Position numbers and translations under genes: made by a program. Under the pieces are notes generated by a model. It worked only from the letters and a program-made list of their open reading frames with translations, ran no database searches and had not been told where the DNA came from. DNA of 32,000 bases from Candidatus Harpocratesius repetitus (GTDB lineage: Archaea > Asgardarchaeota > Lokiarchaeia > Sigyniarchaeales > Promethearchaeaceae), in the NCBI GenBank assembly GCA_021498095.1, contig JAIZWK010000001.1, forward strand, positions 1,290,001 to 1,322,000, in the 5' to 3' direction. Positions 8,775-18,671 of this stretch are shown piece by piece (position 1 is the first letter of the stretch; the number at the start of each line of letters is the position of its first letter).

Positions 8775-9377
8775 ATGACACAAAAAAAAAATCCACATTT
8801 GATCTATAAAATAATTTTAGCTGGGGATGGAAATTGTGGGAAAACTACACTTCTTCGTTCAAAGTTAGCCAAGCAATTTGTTCCAGTGGAAAAAATTACA
8901 ATAGGAATTGATTTCGATTGCTATAAAATCATAAATTACCAAGAAGAAGATGTTGATTTGCTGGCGTATGATCTTGGAGGACAAAAACACTTTCAATTCA
9001 TACATTCTGCATTTATTTCGGGTGCTAAAGCCGCAATTGTGTTCTATGATTTGACTCGAGCATCAACAGTGGAAAATCTTCCTCACTGGATAAATTTGGT
9101 ACAAACTGAATATCCATCTATTCCAATCGTTCTTGCAGGGTCGAAACGAGATTTAGTAGATCGTGAAACTATGGATGAGTTTAATCAAAAAATCCAAGAA
9201 GTTATTCAACAATTGCCCCCACATACGAATATTGTCGATCATGTAATGTATTCTGCATATTCATTAGGTGAATGTAATCAAGTATTTGCAGAAATCCAGA
9301 ACTTGGCAGTATCATGGAAGAATCAAATGATTGCATCCAAATCGAATGCAATAGATACACAACAAACATCAATTTAA
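8775..9377 (+). CDS. Ras-superfamily (Rab-like) small GTPase
   Basis: G1 GDGNCGKT, G2 TIGIDF, G3 DLGGQ, G4 variant SKRD, G5 SAY; ATG 8775 preferred over TTG 8703. Confidence 0.92.
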   Translation: MTQKKNPHLIYKIILAGDGNCGKTTLLRSKLAKQFVPVEKITIGIDFDCYKIINYQEEDVDLLAYDLGGQKHFQFIHSAFISGAKAAIVFYDLTRASTVENLPHWINLVQTEYPSIPIVLAGSKRDLVDRETMDEFNQKIQEVIQQLPPHTNIVDHVMYSAYSLGECNQVFAEIQNLAVSWKNQMIASKSNAIDTQQTSI

Positions 9378-9455
9378 TTGTCTTTTTTTTATAGATCTCT
9401 CTTTATCTAATTTTGAGAATTAATCAAAAATACCAAATAGTATCGAATTCTCTTT

Positions 9456-10898
9456 ATGTTGAAAAACGTGATCGATGTTTGTTTATTTAATTGGAAAACA
9501 GAATTGGAGAACCAAGAAAAAATATCTACTTTTAATGAAACTGCCCAGTTTAGAAATGGAATATTAGATAAGGTAAATCTTTTTTTACGCGAACCACCAA
9601 CTGGATTATTACTTCTGGCTTCAATACTTGAAAATCATGGTTATTCAGTTGAAATTATAGATGCTACTTTGCTTGAAGATCCTTATCTATTTATAAAAGA
9701 AAATGCAAAAAAATTCAGATTAATTGGTTTGACTGCATTAACTAATACATTTCCAGAAATTGAGGAAGTTATCCGCTTGGTTAAGAAAACAAATCCGGAA
9801 ATCTATATTATTGTTGGCGGACCTCATGTCTCTTTTGAATATTCTAATGTTTTAAATTCTCTTCCAGAAGTTGATGTTGTGTGTATTGGTGAAGCTGAAA
9901 ATACATTTCCTTGGTTAGTTGATCTTCTATTAAATAGACCCATGATTGATTTTTTATATGAAAATCAGAGAGATCAGATAGAACAATATAAAAACACACA
10001 GAATCATATTTGTTCATTATTTGCATCTCTTGATTATGTTCTCCCTGGTTTAGCTTATAGGGAATCTAAAAATAATCATACCCATATTATATCTACCGGA
10101 TTTCCTCCTGCAACTAATCTCGATTTACTTCCACTCCCAGCTCGACATCTAATTTCGCGAATTTACAAAGTAGCAGATATTTTAGTTAACCGAGGTTGTC
10201 CAAATCAATGCAGTTTTTGCTCACGTACACGATTATTTCCAAAAATGCGCTTAAGATCACTAAATTCTGTTATAGAAGAAGTAGATTATGTCCTTTCTTG
10301 TGGAAATTATCAATTTATTAATTTCTATGATAATATTAATGTAAAAAAGACCTTTTTTGAGCAATTTCTTCAGCAGTTAATTGCTCGTCCTCATATGCTT
10401 CCATGGGGTGCTGAACTTCGCTCTGATGTAATTACTTTGGAACAAGCTAAAATGATGAAGCAAGCAAACTGCCGCGTAGTAGCAACAGGGATTGAATCTG
10501 CTTCTGATATGGTTCTAAAAACAAATTTTAAGTTTCAAAACCTTAAAGCTGTAGAAAAAGGAATTCGGAATTTAAAGGAAGCCGGAATTGCTATTCAAGC
10601 CTATTTTGTTATTGGTCTACCTGGTGATACTCCTAGCGAATTTGCTAAGACGTTGGCATTTTTAGAGTCTTTACCATTGCGGAAAGGAGAAGATAAGGTT
10701 GATTTTTTTGTAGCAACACCGTATCCTGGTTGTGATTTACGTATGAATCCTGATAAATATGGAATAAAAATACTAAATAAGCCGTTTACAACTTATGACT
10801 GCCGTCAAATTCTAATCACCACCCAAACTCTTGATGTTCCCCAAATAGAATTGATGATTAGACAGGCTGAAGAAATAAAACAAAAATTAGGATTATAA
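9456..10898 (+). CDS. B12-binding domain radical SAM protein
   Basis: PPTGLLLLAS, VGGPHVS, GEAE cobalamin-binding domain; RGCPNQCSFC (CxxxCxxC); GIES, YFVIGLPGDT. Confidence 0.92.
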   Translation: MLKNVIDVCLFNWKTELENQEKISTFNETAQFRNGILDKVNLFLREPPTGLLLLASILENHGYSVEIIDATLLEDPYLFIKENAKKFRLIGLTALTNTFPEIEEVIRLVKKTNPEIYIIVGGPHVSFEYSNVLNSLPEVDVVCIGEAENTFPWLVDLLLNRPMIDFLYENQRDQIEQYKNTQNHICSLFASLDYVLPGLAYRESKNNHTHIISTGFPPATNLDLLPLPARHLISRIYKVADILVNRGCPNQCSFCSRTRLFPKMRLRSLNSVIEEVDYVLSCGNYQFINFYDNINVKKTFFEQFLQQLIARPHMLPWGAELRSDVITLEQAKMMKQANCRVVATGIESASDMVLKTNFKFQNLKAVEKGIRNLKEAGIAIQAYFVIGLPGDTPSEFAKTLAFLESLPLRKGEDKVDFFVATPYPGCDLRMNPDKYGIKILNKPFTTYDCRQILITTQTLDVPQIELMIRQAEEIKQKLGL

Positions 10899-10926
10899 AA
10901 AAATAATTGTTTAGTATATTTAAATT

Positions 10927-11385
10927 CTATATCAAATCTTTGACTTCTTTTCTCAGATCTCGATAAAACGAGTGGGCAAGAATCAAAACATCTGTGTTTG
11001 GGGTTTTATATTCAAAACCGGAAGGAAAAGTTGCTTTAAATTTACGATATTGAGATTGAAGAAAATTATCTCTCAATTCTTGAGATAACTCGTAAAATTC
11101 TCGATGAGAATTAAAACCCAACTCCTTAAAATCAATTAATGTTGCATTTAAATGGGATGTCCAAGCAATAGAAAAGCCATCTTTCGGAGTACATCCGTAA
11201 ATATCTTCTTTTTCTTCATCCCAAATTATTTTTTCATTTTTTGTTTCTTGAGAATACACTAATTTTGAATGCTGATAAAGTTCTAAACTACGTAATATTC
11301 GTTTCAATCGTTCAATATGATAATAATATTCAAATGGATCAGTTGAAATGTTTGAGAATTTTTCATGAATACTTCCAATTACCAT
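10927..11385 (-). CDS. Hypothetical protein
   Basis: 152-aa ORF filling the gap between genes, AGGTGA SD 7 nt upstream of ATG; no motif recognised. Confidence 0.7.
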   Translation of the reverse strand: MVIGSIHEKFSNISTDPFEYYYHIERLKRILRSLELYQHSKLVYSQETKNEKIIWDEEKEDIYGCTPKDGFSIAWTSHLNATLIDFKELGFNSHREFYELSQELRDNFLQSQYRKFKATFPSGFEYKTPNTDVLILAHSFYRDLRKEVKDLI

Positions 11386-11477
11386 AAATAAATCACCTAA
11401 TCATTAAAAATTCCAAAAATATTTAAAACATCTGTCATACTCTATTCCTAGAGGGAATATTCAATAGAGGAAAGAAT

Positions 11478-12026
11478 ATGGAAGTGCCAAAATTAGGAAA
11501 TATCAAGCTATTTCGTCAAAAAATAGGATGGACACAGAAACAGTTGGCAGAAGCAGTGAATGTGGGTCAATCTTATATTGCAAAAATAGAAGCGGGAAAA
11601 CAAGATCCTTCTTATTTTGTCTTAAATAAAATTTTTGAAGTTATTCGCAAAGAGCTCCAAAAAATGGAAAAAAGTACCTTAACAGTCAAAAGTGTAGCTA
11701 CACCATGGGAAGATCTTCGTTATGTATCCCCTAAAGATACTTTAGGCGATGTTAAATCTATTATTGGAGACGTTGATCAAATTCCTGTTATTGATTCTCA
11801 CCGTCGATGTGTAGGTAATATCACTTCTCGTTTGTTAATTCGGTTGTTATCTAATAATACTTCAGAAAACACCCTTGTCAAAGATTTTATGGAACCGCCT
11901 CTTCCAATTTTTAGCGATTCAACTTCAATTCAACAGATGCGGGATGTTTTGCGATATATCGAGGCTGCGTTAATTGTGGAAAAGGATCAAATAACTGGAA
12001 TTGTTACTCGATCTGATGTTTTCTAA
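11478..12026 (+). CDS. XRE-type HTH plus CBS-pair transcriptional regulator (archaeal COG3620-like)
   Basis: RQKIGWTQKQLAEAVNVGQSYIAKIEAGKQDPS followed by two CBS domains (QIPVID..CVGNIT; IVTRSDV); GAGG SD. Confidence 0.92.
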   Translation: MEVPKLGNIKLFRQKIGWTQKQLAEAVNVGQSYIAKIEAGKQDPSYFVLNKIFEVIRKELQKMEKSTLTVKSVATPWEDLRYVSPKDTLGDVKSIIGDVDQIPVIDSHRRCVGNITSRLLIRLLSNNTSENTLVKDFMEPPLPIFSDSTSIQQMRDVLRYIEAALIVEKDQITGIVTRSDVF

Positions 12027-12119
12027 AATTAATTGAGGATATTTTATCTTTTTAAATTTAAACGCTTTTTTGAATATCATTCATATATTTCCGACTTATA
12101 TCTGAAATATCGCAATTCT

Positions 12120-12260
12120 TTTTTTGTCGAACTCGATTTTTTCAAAGAATTTATTAAAAATTACCATCCTGTTTATAAATTCTTCAATCTGAAGTCGATT
12201 TTATTAAAATTATTGATTTTCATACCTTGAATTTGGTACGTCGATAAAATCGACAAAAAA
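12120..12260. repeat. Nested inverted repeats built on TCGA in the convergent intergenic region
   Basis: TTTTTTGTCGA (12120-12130) vs TCGACAAAAAA (12250-12260); GTCGATTTTAT (12194-12204) vs ATAAAATCGAC (12244-12254); GTCGAT-AAA-ATCGAC (12240-12254). Confidence 0.55.
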
Positions 12261-12359
12261 TAAGGAAGGATATTTTAGATTTGAGTCGGGAGAATTAAGA
12301 TGATGAAATGAAAAACTTTGAATCTTTGAAATTTAAAATACCCTCAATTGTTTTATTAA

Positions 12360-15212
12360 TTATTCAACTTTAAAATTGAAGTTAAATTTGAATTTGTTGG
12401 TGAAATAATCTTCTAATATATTAGCTGAGGAAATTGAGCATGGAAAATTGACAAAAAGTCGAATATTCTCCAAATTCTTTGAGATTTTTGGCAAGATTTT
12501 CTCTTTAATATTTTCTGAATCTTGCTTTAGGTTGTTTTCATCAATTTCTCTACAAATTATGATATATAATTCCTTATGCCTATTTCCTGTCGAAACATAA
12601 TAATCAACTGCAATCTGATGGGATAATGATAATCTAAACTTTGTTTTTTTTATTCCAGATAATCCTAACATCCAAATAAAACTTTCAACTAAATCAACTT
12701 TCTTTAAAGATTGGACAAATGGCTGATAAGTAAATAGATAATGGTTATTATAACCGTTTTCTTGATTTAATATAATAGAAAATTCAAATCCTTCAAGAAT
12801 AGTTTTGTTTGTTCTTTGATCATTCTTGTTTACATTTTTATTTCCATTTCTCTTTTCATTCTTATTTCCATTCATTTTAAGCAGCTGATAGTATATATTC
12901 CTTGAATAATTGCTTTCTTTTAACCGAAGTTCATTAAAATCCTTTTTTCTTTCATTTAGTATTTTGAAGAAAAATGAATCAGGAAAAGATAAGTTATCTT
13001 TGAAATTCAGAAGAGTACGATTTAAGTTTGGGAATTGGGTGTTGATAAGCACATCATCGAATTGTTCTAATGAAAAATATTGAATTATTGATGAATTTGA
13101 AATTTTTTCTGAATAGATAGGATTTCCTTCATGCCAATTAAGTGAATATGAAATTTTTTTAATTCGAGGAAGGATTACACGTTTGCATAAATCGCTGGAT
13201 TCTATTAAAAAAAATTTCCGAGTATTTCCTTGTTCTTGATTTAATTTAATCACAGCATGTGCAGTAGTACCAGAACCTGCAAAAGGATCCAAGATTAAAC
13301 TTGAATTACTTGAGCCAATTCGTAAACATTTCTCTATTAGCGCAACAGGTTTAGGATGGTCGAAAACTGGTTTTTGAAAAAGGTGTCTTAGATCTATGGT
13401 TCCTGCTTCAGTTCTAACTTCTGGTTCAATCCAAATTGTTTTCGCTTTCTTTGTGGATTTTCTATGTTTTTCATAGATATTCCATCCACCTTCTCTTTTT
13501 TGCCGAGCCACTATTTCGCTGTTTGAAGCATCGTTGGAATCAAGATTTTCTAGTACCTTTTTTTTAGACCAACGCCAGCAATCTTCTATATCTTTACTTG
13601 TGTGGGGAAGAACTTCAATTACATGATTGTCAGTTGGTTTTAACGAAACGGTGCAGAATTGATTTAGGTTTTTTGATTGCGGATCAATATAAAAGGGATA
13701 GAATAAATTTGGTCTATTTGAACGATTAAACTTTGGGTTACGATTCCTAAGTTCTCGAACTATGAAATGACCCTTTGTATCTTGAAATATTTTTCCAGAT
13801 AATTGAGCTGGAAGTTCAAAAAAATTCGGTTTATCAGAATTTAATGTTCCAACAATGATGTATTCGTGAGTTTTGGCAAGTGGGAGATAATCTCGACCTC
13901 CCTTATTAATTTGAACAATAATGGGGCCAATAAGTGAAGATTTTCCAAATTTTTCTGATATTAATAAATCTAATTTTGAATATTCATTATCATCAATTGA
14001 AATGAAGAAATTTAGATTGTGAGTTCCAATTTTTGGAAAATATTCTAAGATTTCATCCAATAGTTGAATCCAATCCGCATCGCTTTGAATGTCGTGATAT
14101 GTAAATTCGCGTCCTCCCGTATTATAAGGAGGATCCATATAAATACAATCGATTTTATTTGCAAATCGAGGTAATATAAATTTTAGAACTCTTCTATTAT
14201 CACTTTGAACGACCCATCCAATAATTTTTTGCTCAAAATTTGGAATTGCAGCAATTAACTCTGAGTAAAATTTTGATGAAAAATGTCGAGTATCAATCAT
14301 TAAATTTGGTTGGTTATTTAAAAAATCTAAAGTTGGTGTATTTTCTACAAACAAATTTGGGAATAATTCTTTCCATTCATTGATTTGCCATTTGTTAATG
14401 AGAATTTCTGGGAAAAATGATTTTGGAATAATATGTAAAGGGATGCAATAATGATTTTCTAAGATTAGTGGTGATTTATTATATAAACAATTGATAATAT
14501 TACTTAATTGAAAAATTTCTTTGCTTTTTTGGCTATTAATTAGCTGTGAATTTGATGTTTTACTTATTTTTTGAAATTCATTTACGGTTTCATATTTTGT
14601 AGAAGTATTAGTTAATTTTGGAATCGAAAATGAAAATTTAGAATTTCGAGTAAAAAAAGTAATATGTTCATTAACCAACTTATGCAATTCTTGCTTTTTT
14701 TTTAAATCTAATTTGGAATAAATTTGGATGAAATTGATCCATTTTATTTCAATTTCATGATTGATTTGTAATTGAATCTGGGATCTGCCATACTTTTTTT
14801 TCAATTCAGTATCTAAGGGTGCTAATTGAAGTTGGAGTAAAAATATATTATTTTTGGAATCAAATTTAAATGGCTCATTTGGGATCATTTGAAAATAGTT
14901 TCTATGACGAATTCTTCGATCCCATGTTTGATTATCAGCAATTTCCTTTTTAAGAATTATTCCAAATTCATAGTTATCCCATGAAAAGCGATATATTTTA
15001 AAATAATCATGAAAATATATTGATCCCTCATCTTTCTTTCGCCATATTAATTTTATTGAATTATTTTCATCAAATTTTAGTATATCGATCAAATTCTCTT
15101 CGTTATTCAAGTTTTTAGCCACTGTAGATTTTAAAGAATCTTGAACAAATTTGGTTAAATGAAAAAAACCACCTTCAGGGATTTGTTTTTTCTTTAAATT
15201 TTCTTCTTTCAT
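12360..15212 (-). CDS. Beta-class amino (N6A/N4C) DNA methyltransferase, type III Mod-like, no Res gene adjacent
   Basis: IYMDPPYNTG (motif IV), HPKPVALIEK, ILDPFAGSGTTAHA (motif I) in beta order; LMIDTRHF and VDLVESF segments typical of large Mod proteins. Confidence 0.9.
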   Translation of the reverse strand: MKEENLKKKQIPEGGFFHLTKFVQDSLKSTVAKNLNNEENLIDILKFDENNSIKLIWRKKDEGSIYFHDYFKIYRFSWDNYEFGIILKKEIADNQTWDRRIRHRNYFQMIPNEPFKFDSKNNIFLLQLQLAPLDTELKKKYGRSQIQLQINHEIEIKWINFIQIYSKLDLKKKQELHKLVNEHITFFTRNSKFSFSIPKLTNTSTKYETVNEFQKISKTSNSQLINSQKSKEIFQLSNIINCLYNKSPLILENHYCIPLHIIPKSFFPEILINKWQINEWKELFPNLFVENTPTLDFLNNQPNLMIDTRHFSSKFYSELIAAIPNFEQKIIGWVVQSDNRRVLKFILPRFANKIDCIYMDPPYNTGGREFTYHDIQSDADWIQLLDEILEYFPKIGTHNLNFFISIDDNEYSKLDLLISEKFGKSSLIGPIIVQINKGGRDYLPLAKTHEYIIVGTLNSDKPNFFELPAQLSGKIFQDTKGHFIVRELRNRNPKFNRSNRPNLFYPFYIDPQSKNLNQFCTVSLKPTDNHVIEVLPHTSKDIEDCWRWSKKKVLENLDSNDASNSEIVARQKREGGWNIYEKHRKSTKKAKTIWIEPEVRTEAGTIDLRHLFQKPVFDHPKPVALIEKCLRIGSSNSSLILDPFAGSGTTAHAVIKLNQEQGNTRKFFLIESSDLCKRVILPRIKKISYSLNWHEGNPIYSEKISNSSIIQYFSLEQFDDVLINTQFPNLNRTLLNFKDNLSFPDSFFFKILNERKKDFNELRLKESNYSRNIYYQLLKMNGNKNEKRNGNKNVNKNDQRTNKTILEGFEFSIILNQENGYNNHYLFTYQPFVQSLKKVDLVESFIWMLGLSGIKKTKFRLSLSHQIAVDYYVSTGNRHKELYIIICREIDENNLKQDSENIKEKILPKISKNLENIRLFVNFPCSISSANILEDYFTNKFKFNFNFKVE
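12821..12880 (-). repeat. In-frame 12-bp tandem repeat x5 in the methyltransferase C-terminal region
   Basis: + strand units cattcttgttta/catttttatttc/catttctctttt/cattcttatttc/cattcattttaa, encoding KMNGNKNEKRNGNKNVNKND. Confidence 0.75.
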
Positions 15213-15492
15213 TTAAAGAACTCCTAATTTATGCCGCTTCAAAGAAGTTAAAGGAAAATAATCTGGAATCTCTTATATGCTTACTTTTTTAAAAATATTC
15301 TTTATATAATATTTATTATTTCTATTATCCCAAATACTTGATGATTTCAATGGAACAAACGAAAAATAATATTTTTAAAAAATCTCTATCATCAAATGAT
15401 AAAAAGGATGATTCTGTTCTTGATAATTGGATTGATTTCTGGAAAATTTTGGATGATGTGGGCATATGGAAGCTTTGTAGCATTTACCTTTA

Positions 15493-15514
15493 TTATTTGG
15501 AAATTTCCAAATAA
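15493..15514. promoter_or_regulatory. Perfect 22-bp palindrome between alba and the methyltransferase gene
   Basis: TTATTTGGAAATTTCCAAATAA is its own reverse complement. Confidence 0.5.
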
Positions 15515-15586
15515 AGAAGAATAAAAAAGAATAATTAGAAATGGTTTTATTAAACGTGCTTCTTTACATTTTTTACCTTAATTACA

Positions 15587-15877
15587 TTAATTTGGAGAAA
15601 TCACGATTTCCATTGAACTTACATTACTTTGCTTTCCATCGTCATTTGTTAGATGTTCTGTTGAAATTCGAATATCTTTGTATTTTGCGGAAGGAAAGAA
15701 CTTATGGATCAAAATCTCTGCTACATCAACAGCATGAGAGATTGCTCTGCCCCTCGCTTTAATTGTGCACTCTGTTCCTCGATTTAAGATAACCATTGCG
15801 GCCATAACATAATTCATAGTTGGTCGTTTGCCAATGAAAACAGAATTGTCCGAAGTGTTCTCTTCATTTTTTTGCAT
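15587..15877 (-). CDS. albA: DNA/RNA-binding protein Alba
   Basis: VFIGKRPTMNYV...IKARGRAISHAVDVAE...VSSMEIVI; GGTGA SD 7 nt upstream. Confidence 0.95.
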   Translation of the reverse strand: MQKNEENTSDNSVFIGKRPTMNYVMAAMVILNRGTECTIKARGRAISHAVDVAEILIHKFFPSAKYKDIRISTEHLTNDDGKQSNVSSMEIVISPN

Positions 15878-16070
15878 AGTCTAGTCACCGTTAATTGTTC
15901 TACGTAAAAATGCTGTAAAGCTGATATAATGCGACATCGATTTTTTTATTACTAGATGTCTATTACAGAAGTAGAAGGGAAATTAAAAAAGGTTTACTGG
16001 TGAGTGAAGAAATGTCACTTTAAAAAATCAATTGATTATTTTTTCTAGTTGAAAAGAAGTAATTGCTATT

Positions 16071-16850
16071 TTAATAATAAGGAGAAGTATCGTCATTCAT
16101 TATCTGCTGTAATTTTCCATAGACTTGATCAACACCTTCATTATATTTCGCAGAAACAGGTAGCAATTCTGAAGTTGCACCAAATTCAATGAATGCACGA
16201 GCTAATGACACTGTATATTCGCGTAAAACTCCATGTTCTAATGATTCAATTGCATCCATTAAAGTAAGATCATTCTCCATCCAAGAAAGAATTCGTTCCA
16301 ATTTTTCCATGCTAAGCAGATCTTTTTTGGTAAGTAAGTTTAATTGTGGCAAATTAGCAAATCGAAATTGAACTGAAGCTGCTAGTAAAAGGGTTGAAAT
16401 CATCCCATTTGGAGTTCCACACAAAAGACTATCATAACAAAAAATGATCCCTCTTTGAATTGAACCAAAACCAAGAGCATTTGCAATCATTGGACCAGAA
16501 TTACGGAAAGAAAAGAGTTCCATCTGACCTGGAGTATCAATAAGCACAATTTCAGGATCATTATATTGATTAATTTCGTATTTTAAATCTTCAATATAAT
16601 CAACCATTCTGTCAGTTGCAGCTATCATTGCTCCATTTGGCCCCAAGCCTGTTTCTTGAATTACTTCATTAACAGTAATATAATCTTGAATATCAATGTC
16701 GGGTTTATATGGCAGATTTTGAACTGCAGGGTCTAAATTGATTGTAATCACTGAAATTTCTTGATTATAAGTGCTGATATAATCTTGTAAGGCTTTCGTC
16801 AATGTGGTTTTTCCTGAACCTGCTGGACCAATAATGTAATTGATATACAT
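16071..16850 (-). CDS. GPN-loop GTPase
   Basis: GPAGSGKT, NLDPA, LGPNG, DTPGQMELF, TKKD. Confidence 0.95.
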   Translation of the reverse strand: MYINYIIGPAGSGKTTLTKALQDYISTYNQEISVITINLDPAVQNLPYKPDIDIQDYITVNEVIQETGLGPNGAMIAATDRMVDYIEDLKYEINQYNDPEIVLIDTPGQMELFSFRNSGPMIANALGFGSIQRGIIFCYDSLLCGTPNGMISTLLLAASVQFRFANLPQLNLLTKKDLLSMEKLERILSWMENDLTLMDAIESLEHGVLREYTVSLARAFIEFGATSELLPVSAKYNEGVDQVYGKLQQIMNDDTSPYY

Positions 16851-17021
16851 GTTATTATATAAATAAAGTTATGTTTTGAAAAGAATCTTTGTATTAAATG
16901 ATCAAGTAATTATATATAATTTGAATTTCGATCAATTTCATAAAATCCTTAAAGAAAATTTTTTTATGGTATACAAGCACAACAGAATTAATTGTGAGAG
17001 ATACTGGGAGCTAAGAATATC

Positions 17022-18368
17022 TTGACCTCTTTAAAAAAAACTCGCTATCGCTTCTCAAAAGATGAATTGAAAGAACTCTTATTTGACTATAATCAAATTC
17101 TCGATGTTTTACCAAGCAATCGACCGAAATCTGTTAAAATTTGGGATGAAACATTAAGAGACGGAGAACAAACTCCTGGTGTTTTTTTAACATTAGAAGA
17201 GAAACAAAAAATTGCACAATATTTGGATGAAATCGGAACGGCAAAAATTGCTGTTGGTTTTCCTGCCATATCTCACCAAGAATTGGAAATTGTGAAAACA
17301 ATCAGTCAGATGGAGTTATCTCATGCAACCATTTTAGGAATTTCTCGACCAAGAACATCTGATATTGATGCTTGTCTGCATGCTGATCTGAAAGAAATAG
17401 TTCTTTTTATGCCTGTGAGTGATCTTCATCTTAAAATTATGAAGATTTCTCATGATGAGCAGTTTAAAATAATTCAAGATGCATTTGATTATGCCACAGA
17501 TCATGGATTAAAAGTGAATTGGGTGTTTGAAGATGGTTCAAGGGCTAGACCTGAACATCTTTTGCGAATTGGTCAAATGATAATCAACAATCATGCAATA
17601 AGTATGATATTGGGTGATACTGTCGGAGTTCTCCAACCTGAATCCAGTGCTTATTTGATTGAAATGTTTAAACGAGAATTAAAATGGAATAATGAATCTA
17701 CAGAGTTAGGAATTCACACTCACAATGATTTTGGTCAAGCAGTTGCAAATACTTGTTCTGCTGTGTTTCATGGGGTAACATTACCACATGTATGTGTTAA
17801 TGGATATGGAGAACGTGCAGGTAATGCTGCTTTTGAAGAAGTAGTTATGAATTTAGAAGGTATGGGGATAAAAACCGGGATAAGACTTGAGAAATTAACT
17901 GAACTTTCTCATATGGTTGAAGAAATTTTCGCGCTTCCTCTTTCAGCTCATAAACCTATTGTAGGAAGCAATGCATTCAGTCATGAAAGTGGTCTTCATA
18001 TAAATGCACTATTAGCTCATCCATCTACATATGAGCCGATTAATCCTGCATGGGTTGGACAAAAACGTCGTTTGTATTTAGGAAAATTTTCTGGATCAAG
18101 TGCTATCGTAAATGCATTAGAGACTAAGTTAAAATTGAGTGATCTTCGCATTCCTCGTTCTGTAATCCGTGATATTGTCACAGATGTAAAAAATTTACAG
18201 CAAGAATCTTCAAAAGATGAGAAGCAGAAATTATTCCAGCAAAATAAGCAATTAGTAGAAAAAATGCGCGCAGGGATAAGTGATACTGAATTTTTCAAAA
18301 TTGCTAAAAAACACGCGGCAAAATATTTGAAAAATACGTGGGCTGAGGAAAATTGCTCTGATAACTAA
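17022..18368 (+). CDS. DRE-TIM acetyl-CoA condensing enzyme (homocitrate synthase/AksA/LeuA family) lacking the LeuA regulatory domain
   Basis: DETLRDGEQTPG, HTHNDFG, GERAGNA, HESGLH, GKFSG; TTG start. Confidence 0.88.
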   Translation: MTSLKKTRYRFSKDELKELLFDYNQILDVLPSNRPKSVKIWDETLRDGEQTPGVFLTLEEKQKIAQYLDEIGTAKIAVGFPAISHQELEIVKTISQMELSHATILGISRPRTSDIDACLHADLKEIVLFMPVSDLHLKIMKISHDEQFKIIQDAFDYATDHGLKVNWVFEDGSRARPEHLLRIGQMIINNHAISMILGDTVGVLQPESSAYLIEMFKRELKWNNESTELGIHTHNDFGQAVANTCSAVFHGVTLPHVCVNGYGERAGNAAFEEVVMNLEGMGIKTGIRLEKLTELSHMVEEIFALPLSAHKPIVGSNAFSHESGLHINALLAHPSTYEPINPAWVGQKRRLYLGKFSGSSAIVNALETKLKLSDLRIPRSVIRDIVTDVKNLQQESSKDEKQKLFQQNKQLVEKMRAGISDTEFFKIAKKHAAKYLKNTWAEENCSDN

Positions 18369-18671
18369 TGAATTAAATATTTTTATATAACATTGCTTAC
18401 TTCAATCTTCTTTTTTTTTTAATGTTCATAAAATATAGTGCAAAAAATTGGTAGCCATTGCGAATATTTTTAGGAAAATCATAACCTTCTTAAATAAGGA
18501 AATAAGATTATCTATGCGAATTTGAAAAGAAGAGAAATCCCAAGGGGGAATTCTAATTTTTTATTATAAATAGAAAAAAAATGAGAGTATTATTTTTGAC
18601 CTAATAAATCGATCAAAAGTATAATTCCAAAAAACATTTTCCATAAAAATTAAAATGTGGAGGTCTAATAA

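Noticed and set aside
11443-11459. TATTCC-N5-GGAATA inverted repeat before the HTH-CBS gene
   Set aside because: 6-bp arms are expected by chance at this AT content; plausible as an operator but unsupported.
12033-12230. 65-aa ORF after the CBS regulator
   Set aside because: F/K/L/Y-dominated composition typical of AT-rich non-coding DNA, no SD, and it overlaps the inverted-repeat cluster.
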